From positions 1,375 to 65,374 of the forward strand of contig DXHT01000001.1 in the NCBI GenBank assembly GCA_019113265.1: a DNA stretch of 64,000 bases. Reading direction: 5' to 3'. The notes under the pieces are model-generated. The model saw nothing but the letters and a program-made list of their open reading frames with translations. It ran no database searches and was not told where the DNA came from. A program made the translations under genes and the position numbers. Shown piece after piece: positions 20,254-32,800 of this stretch (the stretch's first letter is position 1; every line of letters begins with the position of its first letter). Source of the DNA: Bacillota bacterium (GTDB lineage Bacteria; Bacillota; Clostridia; Christensenellales; Pumilibacteraceae).

Positions 20254-20844
20254 ATGGAAGAACATGTGACCGAAGGGATAGTCGTGGGTACGGAAGACTC
20301 GGGCGAGGCGGACAAGCTCGTCCGGTTGCTCACACCCGATCTCGGCGTTATAACCGCGCGTATGCGCGGAGTCAAGAAGGAAAAGGCAAAGCTGAAATTC
20401 GCGGCTATGCCCTTTTCGTTTTGTCAGTACGTCCTTATGCGGCGCGGTCAGTTTTACACGGTAAAGACTGCGTCCCAGGAGGAGTCGCTGTTTGCCGTAA
20501 CTTTTGCTCCCGATCGTTATATCGTGGGAACCGTAATGCTGGAAGTATCGTCCGTAATGGCGGGTAGCGACAGCGCGGAGGTGTTTATCGACCTTTTGAC
20601 GTGCCTTAAAGCGCTGATATATTCGTCCGTTTTGCCCCGCTCGATAGGACTTAATTTCGTGTACCGCGCTCTCGTTCGCGGCGGGTACGTCGCGCCTACC
20701 TCCCGTGAGGCGGATTTCAACGTGCCCGTCGAAGAGCAAAGCTCTCTTGAAGACGCGCGCGCGGGGCGGCTGCTTAAAGCATATCTGTCGCTTGCCGAAA
20801 AAAAACTCGGAGTCACTTTTCGCTCGGCGACCCTTCTTGCATGA
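20254..20844 (+). CDS. recO: DNA repair protein RecO (short form)
   Basis: 196 aa. OB-fold N-terminus (GIVVGTEDSGEADKLVRLLTPDLGVI). Conserved position after era. Confidence 0.75.
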   Translation: MEEHVTEGIVVGTEDSGEADKLVRLLTPDLGVITARMRGVKKEKAKLKFAAMPFSFCQYVLMRRGQFYTVKTASQEESLFAVTFAPDRYIVGTVMLEVSSVMAGSDSAEVFIDLLTCLKALIYSSVLPRSIGLNFVYRALVRGGYVAPTSREADFNVPVEEQSSLEDARAGRLLKAYLSLAEKKLGVTFRSATLLA

Positions 20845-21026
20845 TATGGCCAAAAAGCGCGCGAATATGACGCGATTGTGCGCGAATTTTCGTGATGACT
20901 GTGTGAAACATCAAAATATTCGGATAAATTAAGACAAAAAAGAAATAAGTGTCTTGATTTTATCGTACCGATTATGTTATACTGAATAAGTTGCAGAAGC
21001 ACTAATCTATGATAAAGGAGAAAAAC

Positions 21027-23651
21027 GTGAAAAAATTCGTTTACAGGTTTGATGAAGGTAACGGCAAGATGCGCGAACTTCTCGGCGGCAAGGGTGCAAA
21101 CCTTGCGGAAATGACCAATCTCGGTCTTCCGGTTCCTCCGGGATTTACGGTCACGACGGAAGCGTGTACGCAGTATTACGAGGACGGAAGGGACATAAAC
21201 AAGGACATCCGCAAGCAGATATTCGATGCTCTCGCCGATCTCGAAGCGAAGATGGGCAAGAAGCTGGGCGATGAAAAGGACCCCTTGCTCGTGTCCGTCC
21301 GTAGCGGATCGAGAGCGTCCATGCCGGGTATGATGGATACCATTCTCAACCTCGGACTGAACGACAAATCGGTGGAAGGGCTTGCGGCAAAAACGCATAA
21401 CCCTCGTTTCGCATACGACTCTTACCGTCGTTTCATACAGATGTTCTCGGACGTCGTCATGGAGCAGGACAAGACGGTCTACGAGCGCATACTCGACACG
21501 ATAAAGAAGGAAAAGGGCTATGCGTCCGATCCCGAACTTACGGCGGAAGATCTTAAAGAGATAGTACAGCTTTTCAAAGACAACTACCGCAAGAATCAGG
21601 GCGTGGATTTCCCTCAGGATCCGAAAGTACAGCTCATCGAGGCGGCGAAAGCGGTGTTCCGCAGCTGGGACAACCCGCGTGCGAACGTATATCGCCGCAT
21701 GAACGACATCCCTTACGATTGGGGAACGGCGGTCAACATTCAGAGCATGGTATTCGGAAACAAGGGCGAAACGTCGGGTACGGGCGTGGCGTTCACGCGT
21801 AACCCCGCGACTGGCGAAAAAGGTCTGTTCGGCGAGTACCTGATGAACGCGCAGGGCGAGGACGTCGTTGCGGGAATACGCACGCCCAAGCATATAGACG
21901 AGCTCAAAGCGCAGAATCCCAAGCTGTACGATCAGTTCGAGAAGATAACGCAGAAGCTGGAAAAGCACTACAAGGATATGCAGGACATGGAGTTTACGAT
22001 AGAAGAGGGTAAGCTCTATATGTTGCAGACGCGTAACGGCAAGCGTACCGCGCAGGCGGCTATAAAGATAGCCGTCGACATGGTGTCCGAGGGACTCATA
22101 AACGAGAAGGAAGCGGTATGCATGATCGAGCCGAAACAGCTCGACACTCTCCTTCATCCTCAGTTCGTTCCCGAGGCGATAAAGAAGGCTAAGCCCGTCA
22201 GCGCCGCGCTTCCCGCATCTCCCGGCGCCGCTTGCGGAAAGATAGCGTTTACCGCCGAAGAGGCGGTCGCACGCAAGGCCAACGGCGAGAAAGTCGTGCT
22301 CGTACGTCTTGAAACAAGCCCCGAGGACATAGAAGGCATGAACGCCTCCGAGGGCATACTGACGGCGCGCGGCGGTATGACGAGCCATGCGGCGGTCGTA
22401 GCGAGAGGAATGGGCGTATGCTGCGTTTCCGGTTGCGCGGCCCTGAAAGTGGACGAGGAAAACAAGAAGATAATGCTTGCGGGCAAGGAGTACGGAACGG
22501 ACGACTGGCTCAGCCTCGACGGCTCGACGGGTAACATATATGCGGAGAAGATACCCACTCAGCCCGCGGACGTCGGCGGCGATTTCGGAACGCTCATGAA
22601 CTGGGCGGACAAGTTCCGCGCACTGCACGTCCGCACGAATGCGGACACCCCGAGAGACGCGGCTCAGGCTGTAAAGTTCGGCGCTGAGGGTATAGGTCTT
22701 TGCCGCACCGAGCATATGTTCTTCGATCCGGAGCGCATCCCCGCGATACGCGAGATGATAGTATCCAAGACGCAGGGCGAACGCGAGCGCGCGCTTGCAA
22801 AGCTCCTGCCCATGCAGAAGGGCGACTTCAAAGCCATGTACATAGCGCTCGAAGGCCGTCCGATGACCGTGCGTTTCCTCGATCCGCCCCTTCACGAGTT
22901 CCTTCCTCACGATGATGCGGAGATAGAGGCGCTCGCGCGCGACATGGGTCTGACGTTCGACGAGCTTAAAAGCACCGTAGCCAGCCTCCACGAGGCGAAC
23001 CCCATGATGGGTCACCGCGTTTGCCGACTCACGATCACTTATCCCGAGATCGCCCGCATGCAGACGCGCGCGGTAATAGAAGCGGCACTCGAAGTGAGAG
23101 AAGAAAAGGGCTGGGACATAGTCCCCGAAATAATGGTGCCGCTCGTGGGCGACGTCAAGGAGCTCAAATACGTCAAGCGCATAATCTGCGCGACGGCGGA
23201 GGAGATAATCAAGTCCAGAGGATCGGACATGAATTACCTCGTCGGCACGATGATAGAGATACCTCGTGCGGCAGTAACTGCGGACAAGATCGCACAGGAA
23301 GCGGAGTTCTTCTCGTTCGGCACGAACGACCTGACGCAGATGACGTTCGGATTCTCCCGCGACGATGCGGGTAAGTTCCTGCCCGAGTACTACAACAAGA
23401 AGATATACGAATCCGATCCGTTCGCACGTATAGACGTGGACGGCGTGGGACAGCTCATAAAGATGGCTGCGGAAAAGGGAAAGAACACGCGCCAGAACAT
23501 CAAACTCGGCGTGTGCGGCGAACACGGCGGCGATCCGTACAGCGTGGAATTCTTCCACAAAGCGGGTCTGACATACGTCTCCTGCTCGCCCTTCCGCGTC
23601 CCCATAGCCCGCCTCGCCGCCGCCCAAGCAAACATCAGGAATCCCAGATAA
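21027..23651 (+). CDS. ppdK: pyruvate, phosphate dikinase
   Basis: GTG at 21027 lies 6 nt after AAAGGAG and is preferred to the ATG at 21009. KFVY.F.EG......LLGGKGANLAEM start, phospho-His motif GGMTSHAAVVARG, C-terminal PEP-utilising TIM domain (CGEHGGDP). Confidence 0.95.
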   Translation: MKKFVYRFDEGNGKMRELLGGKGANLAEMTNLGLPVPPGFTVTTEACTQYYEDGRDINKDIRKQIFDALADLEAKMGKKLGDEKDPLLVSVRSGSRASMPGMMDTILNLGLNDKSVEGLAAKTHNPRFAYDSYRRFIQMFSDVVMEQDKTVYERILDTIKKEKGYASDPELTAEDLKEIVQLFKDNYRKNQGVDFPQDPKVQLIEAAKAVFRSWDNPRANVYRRMNDIPYDWGTAVNIQSMVFGNKGETSGTGVAFTRNPATGEKGLFGEYLMNAQGEDVVAGIRTPKHIDELKAQNPKLYDQFEKITQKLEKHYKDMQDMEFTIEEGKLYMLQTRNGKRTAQAAIKIAVDMVSEGLINEKEAVCMIEPKQLDTLLHPQFVPEAIKKAKPVSAALPASPGAACGKIAFTAEEAVARKANGEKVVLVRLETSPEDIEGMNASEGILTARGGMTSHAAVVARGMGVCCVSGCAALKVDEENKKIMLAGKEYGTDDWLSLDGSTGNIYAEKIPTQPADVGGDFGTLMNWADKFRALHVRTNADTPRDAAQAVKFGAEGIGLCRTEHMFFDPERIPAIREMIVSKTQGERERALAKLLPMQKGDFKAMYIALEGRPMTVRFLDPPLHEFLPHDDAEIEALARDMGLTFDELKSTVASLHEANPMMGHRVCRLTITYPEIARMQTRAVIEAALEVREEKGWDIVPEIMVPLVGDVKELKYVKRIICATAEEIIKSRGSDMNYLVGTMIEIPRAAVTADKIAQEAEFFSFGTNDLTQMTFGFSRDDAGKFLPEYYNKKIYESDPFARIDVDGVGQLIKMAAEKGKNTRQNIKLGVCGEHGGDPYSVEFFHKAGLTYVSCSPFRVPIARLAAAQANIRNPR

Positions 23652-23691
23652 ACCTGTTCGGCGCGTGGTGTAACGTATAACAGACAAATTT

Positions 23692-23724
23692 GCCCCTTAT
23701 CCGGATACATGGATAAGGGGCTTT
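23692..23724 (+). terminator. probable intrinsic terminator after ppdK
   Basis: 11-bp stem GCCCCTTATCC/GGATAAGGGGC with an 8-nt loop, then a short TTT run. Confidence 0.5.
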
Positions 23725-23877
23725 GCGTTGTGCGGGTGTTGCCGCAAGTGCAATCGGCGCTCGTGCGATAGTCTGTAATGAATGTCGCGTTTTTGTCATG
23801 CGGCGAAATGATATTGACAAATCGCGCAAAATATGTTAGCATAAGATGCGATGTGACGGAAGTGCAGGGGGAAGATC

Positions 23878-24594
23878 GTGATCTTCAAAATAGCGATAGT
23901 GGACGACGACGGCGCGGACGCCGCCAAACTTGCGAGCCTGACGGAAAAGTATTTTGCGGGGTCGCCCGATCAGTGTGAAATAAGGATATTTTCAGGCGCG
24001 GTGACGTTCTGCGAGAACTTCCGCGCGGATTTTGACGTTATATTTTTCGATATAAGCATGCCCGATATGAGCGGTATGGACGCCGCTCGTTTTATACGCG
24101 AGAGGGACAAGCGCGTCGTTATAGTATTCGTAACGAATATGGTGCAGTGCGCGATAGAGGGATACACGGTGCAGGCGTTCGACTTTATAGTCAAGCCCAT
24201 AAACGAGGGCAGTTTCGATATCAAGTTCGATCGCATACTCGGCATGGTGCGCAAAGTCACGGACGACGGAATGGTGACGCTTAACACCACGGATGGCATG
24301 AAGCGCATAGCCGTGCGCGATATAAAGTATATAGAGGTGCGCAATCATCATCTGACGTATCACACGGCGGACGGGGAATTTCTCGTGCGCGGAACTATAA
24401 GCGCGGCGGAACGCGAACTCGAAGCGTATCATTTCGGCAGGTGCAACAGCTGTTATCTCGTCAACATGAAGCATATTTCGGACTTCGGCGGCGACTGGGT
24501 GACCGTGGGCGGCGACAAGCTGAAAGTATCGCAGACCAAAAAGCAATCGTTTCTCGGCGCGCTCGCAAAGTATTTCGGAGGCGGCGCATGTTAG
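23878..24594 (+). CDS. LytR/AlgR (LytTR) family response regulator
   Basis: 238 aa, GTG start after AGGGGGA. Receiver domain (IVDDD ... DISMPDMSG) plus C-terminal LytTR DNA-binding domain (IKYIEV.NH....HT). Confidence 0.85.
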   Translation: MIFKIAIVDDDGADAAKLASLTEKYFAGSPDQCEIRIFSGAVTFCENFRADFDVIFFDISMPDMSGMDAARFIRERDKRVVIVFVTNMVQCAIEGYTVQAFDFIVKPINEGSFDIKFDRILGMVRKVTDDGMVTLNTTDGMKRIAVRDIKYIEVRNHHLTYHTADGEFLVRGTISAAERELEAYHFGRCNSCYLVNMKHISDFGGDWVTVGGDKLKVSQTKKQSFLGALAKYFGGGAC

Positions 24595-25925
24595 AAACAT
24601 CCGTTTCGCTCGTGCTGATGATAGCCGAGCTCATGGCCGCAGAGTGTATATTCGCATTGCGGCTGAAACGAAAAAGCCTGTTCTTTCTGCGGCTCATCGG
24701 GGCATTCGTCGTTATTCTCGAAGCCGTATTTTTCATGGTACTCATCTTTTACCGCTCGACGGATATTCTCTTTTCATACGGCGGAGCGAGCGAATGGAAA
24801 GAATCGCTGTTCAAGTTCTTTTTATATGTGACCGCATTCGTGATGACGATACTCGGCATGAAATTCTGTTACGACGACTCCGTGTGGGTAATAATGTTCT
24901 ACTGTTCGGGCGCATACGCGACTCAGCATCTCGCAAAAAACGTCGCGTCGCTCATCTCCTTTTTTACCGTCGGAGAGGACGGCTGGGCGTATTGGCTGAT
25001 AGAAGCGGCAATGTGCGCGGCGGCGTGCGCTCTCGCATACTTTTTATTCATACGCGGCAGAGCGCTCCCCGATAACGGGCGTAGCGTGCGGCGCAAGGTC
25101 ATTCTCTCGTTTGTCGTGATATTCGTGTGCGTGGGACTTTCTCGAATAACCGTGGATAACGCGACGCGCGGCGTGATATCGTTCATTGCGGAAACGATAT
25201 ATTCCGTAGTCTGCTGCGCTCTCGTTCTCGTAGTGCTTTCGGACATAAACAAAATGGACAGGATGTCCGACGATCTGACCGCCACGCGGGAGATTCTGGA
25301 CCGTGAGAGAGAGCAGTATATGCTTTCCAAGGAAAAGACGGAACTTATCAACATGAAGTACCACGACTTGAAGCACATGCTGGGCAAACTGCGCGAAGGC
25401 TGGTCGGACGAACAGCTCTTGAAGATAGAGGACGCCCTCATGGTATACGGCGCGTCCGTGCGCACCGGCAACGACGTTCTGGACGTGATACTGACGGACA
25501 AGAGCCTTCTCTGCGAAAAGAACAGCATTTCGCTGACATGCTCATGCAACGGAGAAACGCTCGCGTTCATGGACGAGTGCGATCTGTATTCGCTTTTCGG
25601 AAACGCGCTGTCAAACGCCATAGAGAGCGCGGAAAAGGTGGAGGACAAGTCACGCCGAAGCATTGTGGTGGACGTGCGCAGCGTTGGCGGGATAATAAGC
25701 ATACACATAGAAAATTACTATGCCGAACAGCCCGTTATCGTGGACGGACTGCCCGTGACGGATAAGAGCGGTCCGACGCACGGTTACGGAATGAAGAGCA
25801 TGGAATACATCACGCGGCAGTACGGCGGGCATATGACCGTTACGGCGAGCGGCGGCAGGTTCTGTCTGGATATCATATTTCCGCCGTCGGCAGGCAGGCG
25901 AAGGAAAGACGGCGGTAAGGCGTAA
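24588..25925 (+). CDS. AgrC-like GHKL sensor histidine kinase
   Basis: ATG at 24588 (ATGTTAG overlap with the regulator) preferred to the track start 24441. About six TM segments, H-box YHDLKHML, C-terminal GHKL ATPase (GYGMKSM). Confidence 0.75.
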   Translation: MLETSVSLVLMIAELMAAECIFALRLKRKSLFFLRLIGAFVVILEAVFFMVLIFYRSTDILFSYGGASEWKESLFKFFLYVTAFVMTILGMKFCYDDSVWVIMFYCSGAYATQHLAKNVASLISFFTVGEDGWAYWLIEAAMCAAACALAYFLFIRGRALPDNGRSVRRKVILSFVVIFVCVGLSRITVDNATRGVISFIAETIYSVVCCALVLVVLSDINKMDRMSDDLTATREILDREREQYMLSKEKTELINMKYHDLKHMLGKLREGWSDEQLLKIEDALMVYGASVRTGNDVLDVILTDKSLLCEKNSISLTCSCNGETLAFMDECDLYSLFGNALSNAIESAEKVEDKSRRSIVVDVRSVGGIISIHIENYYAEQPVIVDGLPVTDKSGPTHGYGMKSMEYITRQYGGHMTVTASGGRFCLDIIFPPSAGRRRKDGGKA

Positions 25926-25940
25926 CGACAAGCGGCATGA

Positions 25941-25969
25941 ACGGAAACACGCGTGTTTCCGTTTTTTTA
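25941..25969 (+). terminator. intrinsic terminator after the kinase gene
   Basis: ACGGAAACA-CGCG-TGTTTCCGT stem-loop followed by TTTTTT. Confidence 0.8.
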
Positions 25970-26341
25970 TATCAAGCCGCAGTCTATCGCCGTCTTTGCG
26001 CCACCTGTTACTTTTTTCGCTAAATGCACATTTTTATGTATTTCTCCTCGCCGCGCATGGCTTAACGCTATTGCATGATCTTTTGCCGTGCTTATCTTGT
26101 TTTCGTCTGCGTTTTTACCGTCGTCGCATAGCCTTTTTGAATGAAATCGCCTTCGCGCGGCGTGCGCAATAGACGTAATTCGGGCTTTTCCAGCTGCGGC
26201 GCGCATGAGTTGCGTCATTTAATCCGTGAGTTGCGCCAAACCCGTTGAACAGATGTAAAATACGTGTTATCGTATATGCGGGTTTACGCTGCGGGCGAAT
26301 ACGCGGCGTTTGCCCGCAAAAAATACTCATGGAGGAAATGA

Positions 26342-26827
26342 ATGGAACTTATCAAAAGATTTGTTTCAAACGCGGGCGTAGGGTTCTGGCTGTCGCTGGG
26401 GGCGTCGGTGCTGTCGCTTATCACTGGCATAGTATACGCCGCGGCATACAACGGGTCCAACTACATGAGCTGGGCGGCTTTTGCCATGTTCGTGCTGGCG
26501 TTCGTCGCGTTTGTGGCTCTCTCGCTTTTCGGCGTGACATACCGTTTCGCGCCTGCCGTGGGAGGAGTGCTTGACCTTATTGCGATGTGCCTGTACATAG
26601 GCGCGGTGTATATGTATCTGTCCGAAGTTTTTTACGGCGGCATAACCGCGGCGGCAATGGCGGAGCTTGATCCGGCATTCGTATTTTGTCTTGTAGCGTC
26701 CGTCGTGTGCATAGGTCTGTTCATAGCGGGCATATTCGTGCGCCAGCGTAAGCGCGTCAAAGCCGATATGAACGGCGGAGAGACGGCGGCAGACGGCCGT
26801 TCGGTAAGCGGGGAGGGAACGAAATGA
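26342..26827 (+). CDS. hypothetical 4-TM membrane protein, translationally coupled to the giant GH3 gene
   Basis: 161 aa with four hydrophobic segments. GGAGGAAATGA precedes the ATG. ATGA overlap with the next gene. No recognisable family. Confidence 0.5.
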   Translation: MELIKRFVSNAGVGFWLSLGASVLSLITGIVYAAAYNGSNYMSWAAFAMFVLAFVAFVALSLFGVTYRFAPAVGGVLDLIAMCLYIGAVYMYLSEVFYGGITAAAMAELDPAFVFCLVASVVCIGLFIAGIFVRQRKRVKADMNGGETAADGRSVSGEGTK

Positions 26828-29800
26828 AAAAGGCATATTTCGCACTTATCTGTAAAATACTCGTCATTGTTTTCGCGCTTTCGACTGCACTTATTTTTAC
26901 GGCAAGCGGCATAATGCTGGAAAACGCATCCGCAGTCAGCGGCTTTTTCAACGCGCAGACGCAGATCGTATACGAAGAGGACGACGGGGAGGAGCGAGAC
27001 AGCATCTATTACAAGACGCAGTTCAACTCCGTTGCGGAAGTCATAGCGAACGGAGAAGAGCTTTGCGAAGAAGTGGTCGCCGAGGGCGCGGTGCTGCTCA
27101 AAAACGACAATAACGCATTGCCGCTCAATAAGGGCGGTAAGGTGACCCTTTACGGCGCGGGTTCGACGAACATAGTCATAGGCGGCGGCGGATCGAGCGT
27201 CACGGGGGCAAGCAGCGTAAATCTTAAAGACGCGCTCGAAGACTCTTCGGTAGGACTTGACGTCAACGACGATATGTACAACTGGTACTCGTCGCACACC
27301 GAATACGGCAGAAAGACGGGTACGGGAATAGGCGCGCGCAGTACGATAGGAGAAGCGCCGTGGAGCGTGCTTCCCGGCGCAAAGACGGCGGAAGCGGACG
27401 CGGCTATATTCGTCGTGACGAGAACGGGATCGGAAGATGCGGACGCGTACCTCAATTCGGGCGATAACAGCGATATGACCAACGGCAACTATCTCGCTCT
27501 TTCGCCCGCCGAGCGCGACGTTCTGACTAACTTAAAAGCGCTCAAAGGCACGGCGTTCAACAAGATAATAATGATATTGAACACCACCAATCAGGTGGAA
27601 TTGAACTTTGCCGACAGTGAGGAACTGGGCATAGATTCCATTCTTTGGTGCGGCTCTCTCGGTTCGACGGGAACGCGCGCGGTAGGCGACATACTCGTCG
27701 GCAACGTCAATCCGTCGGGCAGACTGTCGGACACGTTCTGGGCAAATCACCGTTATAATCCCGTCAATGCCAATTTCGGCGACTATACGTTCGGCGGCAC
27801 CATGGCGGACGGCGGCGATCCGGAGAATTTAGCGATATACGATTACGGCACGACTTATCGCGTCGGTTACGTCGTATATCAGGAGGGCATATACGTCGGT
27901 TACCGCTATACCGAAACGCGTTACGAGGACTATGTGACCGGCAGCGGCAACGCGGGCGACTACGACTATTCGGAAGTCGTGGCATATCCGTTCGGATACG
28001 GAATGTCATATACCACGTTCGGATACTCTTCGCCGACGTTCTCGTATGACGCGGAAACGGACGTCTACACCGTAAGCGTGACCGTCACCAACACGGGCAA
28101 CACCGCGGGCAAGGAGACGGTGCAGGTATACGCGCAGAAGCCGTATACCGATTACGACATGACGCACGGCGTGGAAAAAGCGGCAGTCGAGCTTGTCGGT
28201 TTTGCAAAGACGGGTATGCTCGAAGGCGGCGTGAATGCGAGCGAAACCGTATCGATAGAAGTTCCCGGCGAGTATCTCGCGGCGTACGACTCTAACGGCA
28301 AGGGAACATATATCGCGGAAGAGGGCGATCACTATCTTACGATAGCGCGCGACGCTCACGACGCGGCAAACAACATACTCGCCGCCAAGGGTTACACTCC
28401 CGAAAACACGGCGGGAAGAATGGACACAGCGGGCGACGCGTCGCTTGCGTACGAAATAACGCTCGGCGACGGCAGTGCCGGATTCGATTTCGATTCGGAC
28501 GGAGTGGACGCTGAAAAGTATTCCGTCGCGGATACGGGCGCGGAGATCGTCAACCGCTTCGATTACGCCGATATTAACAGATACGAAAACAGGGGCGACA
28601 ATTCCGTAACGTACGTTTCGAGAAAGGATTGGAACGGTACGGTAAAGTTCGGCATAGGCGATAGCAATACCGTGCTCGACAATCATGTCAAGCTAATTCT
28701 GAATGCCGCGCTCGAAAGCGACCTCAGAGAGGAAAAATTCCAAAAAGCTCCCGAAGACGATATAGCTTATCCGACGTACGGATCGACTAAGACGGCGTAT
28801 ACGCTTATGGATCTTCGCGCGTGGGGCGACGGCGACGACGATCCGACCAACGACGAGCCGATACCGTACGACGATTCTATGTGGGACGACCTGCTCGATC
28901 AGCTGACGTGGGAAGATACCGTTAAATTCCTCTCGTGCGGCGAGCGCATGACGAGCGCGATAGACACGATAGCCAAGCCGCAGACGATAGATCATAACGG
29001 CGCGGTGGGCGTAAACCAGAGATTCAATAATAACGAAAAAGTAAATCGCGGTTTTGCCGTCACGAAAAACGATCCTGACAAGAACGAATATCCTTCGGCA
29101 TATCCTTGCAACGGTATAGCCGCCGCCACTTTCAACGTCGAACTTATGACGAAGTACGGCGAAGCGTGGGGAGAAGACGCGCTTTGGGCGGGCTATGCGG
29201 GACTGTACGGACCGGGACTGAACATGCACCGTTCGCCTTACGGCGGCAGGAACTTCGAGTATTTCAGCGAAGATTCCGTGCTTGCGGGCAAGATGTGCTC
29301 CGCTCTTTCCGAGGCGATAGAGGCAAAGGGCATATACGTCTACCTCAAGCACCCGCTCCTCAACGACCAGGAAGAGGGCAGACGTACCATTTCGACGTGG
29401 GCGAACGAACAGACGATACGCGAGATATACGCCCGCCCGTTCGAGATATGCATAGAAGAGGGCGGTACAAGCAATATAATGACGGGACTCAATAAAATAG
29501 GTCCTACAAACAATATATTCACCGGCTTTGTGGATGATCTGTTCCGCGGAGAGTTCGGCATGGAAGGCTTTGCCGTTACCGACTATATGCACAACGCGCA
29601 GAGCCAGGTCATGCCCGTGGCGCACCTTTACGGCGTGGATATTCCCGACAGAGATTACAGCACCATGGGCGCATACGTCGGATACGAAACGGGTCACGGC
29701 GCACTCGCATGGGCAATGCGCGAAAGCGTGCATCACGTTTTGTACACCGTCGTCCACAGCGCGGCTATGAACGGTATGACGGCGAATACCCGCATAATTA

Positions 29801-32800
29801 CGATAAAGCCCGATTGGCAGTACATTCTCAATATGTTCACATGGCTGTCGGTAACGCTGCTCATAGCGAGCGTCCTGCTCCTTGCTACGTGCTATGCCTT
29901 CCCGTGGGTAACGGATAAGGTAAAGGCATTGCTTTCCCGCAGTAAAGCGAACGGAGCGGGAAACGATAACGGCGGCACGGGCGGCGGAACGAATGCGCCA
30001 AACGGTAGCGCGCCCGATTCGGGCGCGGGCGGATCGGGCAGTGTGGCGGACACGGGCGCAAACGTCGGCGCAGACAGCGCCGTTAAAGCGAAAAGCGCGC
30101 CCAAGCAGTCAGGCTCCGTCAGCGCAGAAGCGTACATGTCGCGCAAGGATCCGTTTTACGTATGGATAATCCGCGCGGTGATAGTCGCCGCACTCATAGT
30201 CGCGGTCATAGTGCAGTCTGTGCTGCTTACCGACGGAGTGCGCGAAAACCGCAGGCTCATTCAGGAGCTTACCGGTTACAACGCGGGCAGAGTATACGAG
30301 CAGAACGGCGGCGAGGGAGTCAAGAGCAACGTGTTCGAGGCGGAAGCTCTCGCGTTCAGCGGCAGCGTTTACGACGGTGAAACGGATACGGGTCACGCGT
30401 GCGCGCCCATTGCTCTCACCGTGTCTGGCAAATACAGTGGCGGGGTAGCCGTGGGCGGACTTGCCGTTCCCGAAGGCGCGGAAAAGAACACGCTTACCCT
30501 TAAAGTCGTTTCGGATAAAAAGGTGAGAATAACGATGTCCGTGCGCGTCGTTACGGCGACTGCCGAAACTCCGTTTGCGGAAGGCTACACGGTCAGCGCG
30601 AACGGTAAGACGCCGCGTAACATGGCTGACGCCGTGGTAGGAGCGCGCTCGGCTGTGGGTGAATTAGCCGACGTCGGACTCGTGATAGATCTTGAAGCCG
30701 GTGAAAATACGGTGGTGTTCACCGCGGAAAGCAACGCGTTTGCGATAGACCGCGTGGATATGCAGACCTCCGCCGCTCTGACGGAGTTCGCGCCGCAGTC
30801 GTGGGATATGTCGGGATTTGCCGTAACGCAGGCTCCGACGGATGACGCGGGCGGCGTAATAAGCGTGGCGGACGATCACGCTACTGCGTCCTACGACATA
30901 CCTTCCGTATTCGCGGGAGTCGCGAGCGGAGTGTACGGCACCGTGACGGACGGGGATAAGATATCCGTGCGCCTCGGTTCGACTTCCGTCGAAGTGAACA
31001 GCAGATCGGCAGAGCCGCATACGCTCACTCTCGATACCGATAATGTGACGTTTGCGGACGGATCCAAGACGAAAGAGCTTGCTATTTTCTCCAAAATGCC
31101 CGAAGTGGTGGCGAATCTTCCCGAAGGTAGCGAACTTATCGGCTGGTACGACGCCTCCGACTGGACAAAGGTATACGGCATGACGGATTTCGTTATGTTC
31201 GACTATGCGGTGACTCTCGTTCCCGTAATAGAGGACGGCAATTACGCCGTGGAAGTTTCCGACGATCCTCAGCAGGTATGCCTCAATCCCGCGAAAAAGG
31301 ACGGCATCACTCCCATACGAACGGATCTCGGCGAGGGATTCGATATGCTCAATCTGCGCGACGGTATGACGACGGAGGCAATGCCCGGCAACGGCGCGGG
31401 TACGGCGGGAACGGTGTATAACTATAACGGATCCATAGGTCAGGGTTGGTCGTTCCTCACCATGAACGCCTGCGACTACACGGAAAACGGCACGAAGTCC
31501 CTGATATACGTATATGAAAACAAGGGCGATACTACGGTATCGTTCGACGTATGGCAGACGGGTTCAAGTTCCGCTCCGAAAGCCGAGGGCAATCCGCATA
31601 TGAGCGTGACGCTTGCTCCGGGCGAATGGACGAGATTCGTGATGTCGTTTATTTTCAACAATAATAATCTGCTCACTTATCACGAGTTTACCGCGCCCAC
31701 GTCCGACCTCAGGCTCGCATGCGCGCAGTACATCGTTAAAGGTGAATACGTTCTCCGTCCGAGCGAATCATCCGTGCTCAGTTCCGTGGAATACTCCGGA
31801 TCGTACAAATCGGCATACTATGCGGGTGAAAGTTTCGACGCGACGGGGCTTACTTTAACGGCTAAATTCACGGACGGCACGGATCTCGTTCTCAGCGAAG
31901 GAGAGTTCGACATATCTCCCGAAACGATATCCGACGGTCAGGAATATGTGACGGTGTCGTATACGCACGGCAATGTGACCCGCTCCGTAAACGTTCCCGT
32001 AAGAGTGGTGGAGAAGGACAGCAGCTATAACGTAACGATAACGGGCGGCGCGTCCTTTACCGACGGAATGACTGAAACCATCGTTACGGCAGGCGACGCT
32101 TTGCCCGAAGTGGTTCTTACGGGCGAGAACGCCGAAACGGGGAAACGCCTTGTCGGTTGGGTAGTGAATAACGGCGGCGAATATTCGTTCGCTAAGGCCG
32201 ATGAATTCGTTATGCCTCAGGCGGACGTTGAGATCACGCCATACGTTACTCTCGGCTGGGAATACGGCAAAGAGTACGGCGGCGGCGTGCTCGATCTTTC
32301 GGAGGACAAAATCATCGTTGCGCCGGGCGATCAGAACTTCAATCAGAGCTTTGTTTCAAATATTACCGTCGATTCCGCGTCGATAAGCGGCAGATACGTC
32401 ATTAACGGCGATAAGGTGGGAACGGAGTATTCGTTCACCGGACAGACGGGAGAATATTTCAGACTCGTAAGAGCGTGCACCGTCAGACCGGACACCATGC
32501 GTACGATATCCTACCGCATCAGAAATAACGGCGAAGAGGCGGTGTCGTTCACGGCACATCAGGTCAACTCGGGAGTGAATACGGACGGCGCGCCGTCAAG
32601 CGGCAGCATAACGCTTCAGCCGAACGAGGAAACGACGTTCGACCTGTCGTTTGCCTACAACAACGAAAACGTGATGCTGCTCATAACGCTTGACGCAGAC
32701 GCAAACGACGCGACCTTGTGGATGAGCGCGGAGATCTCCGATCCGCAGTACGTGAATACGGCGACGATAACGGGCGGGGCGCAGTTTGCGGACGGCACGA

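Noticed and set aside
20517-23687. 1056-aa minus-strand ORF, with similar very long antisense ORFs at 3013-4698, 10970-12904, 13194-14237, 28693-29757 and 54332-56611
   Set aside because: Each lies exactly opposite a plus-strand gene with unmistakable conserved motifs (ppdK, rnj, ABC transporters, GH3, ilvE/metY). Their translations are Arg/His/Tyr-rich low-complexity strings typical of shadow frames in GC-rich DNA.
25967-26218. 83-aa minus-strand ORF in the gap between the kinase and the 4-TM gene
   Set aside because: No SD, no recognisable family, and no terminator on its strand. It is kept only as a note because the 415-nt gap is otherwise empty.
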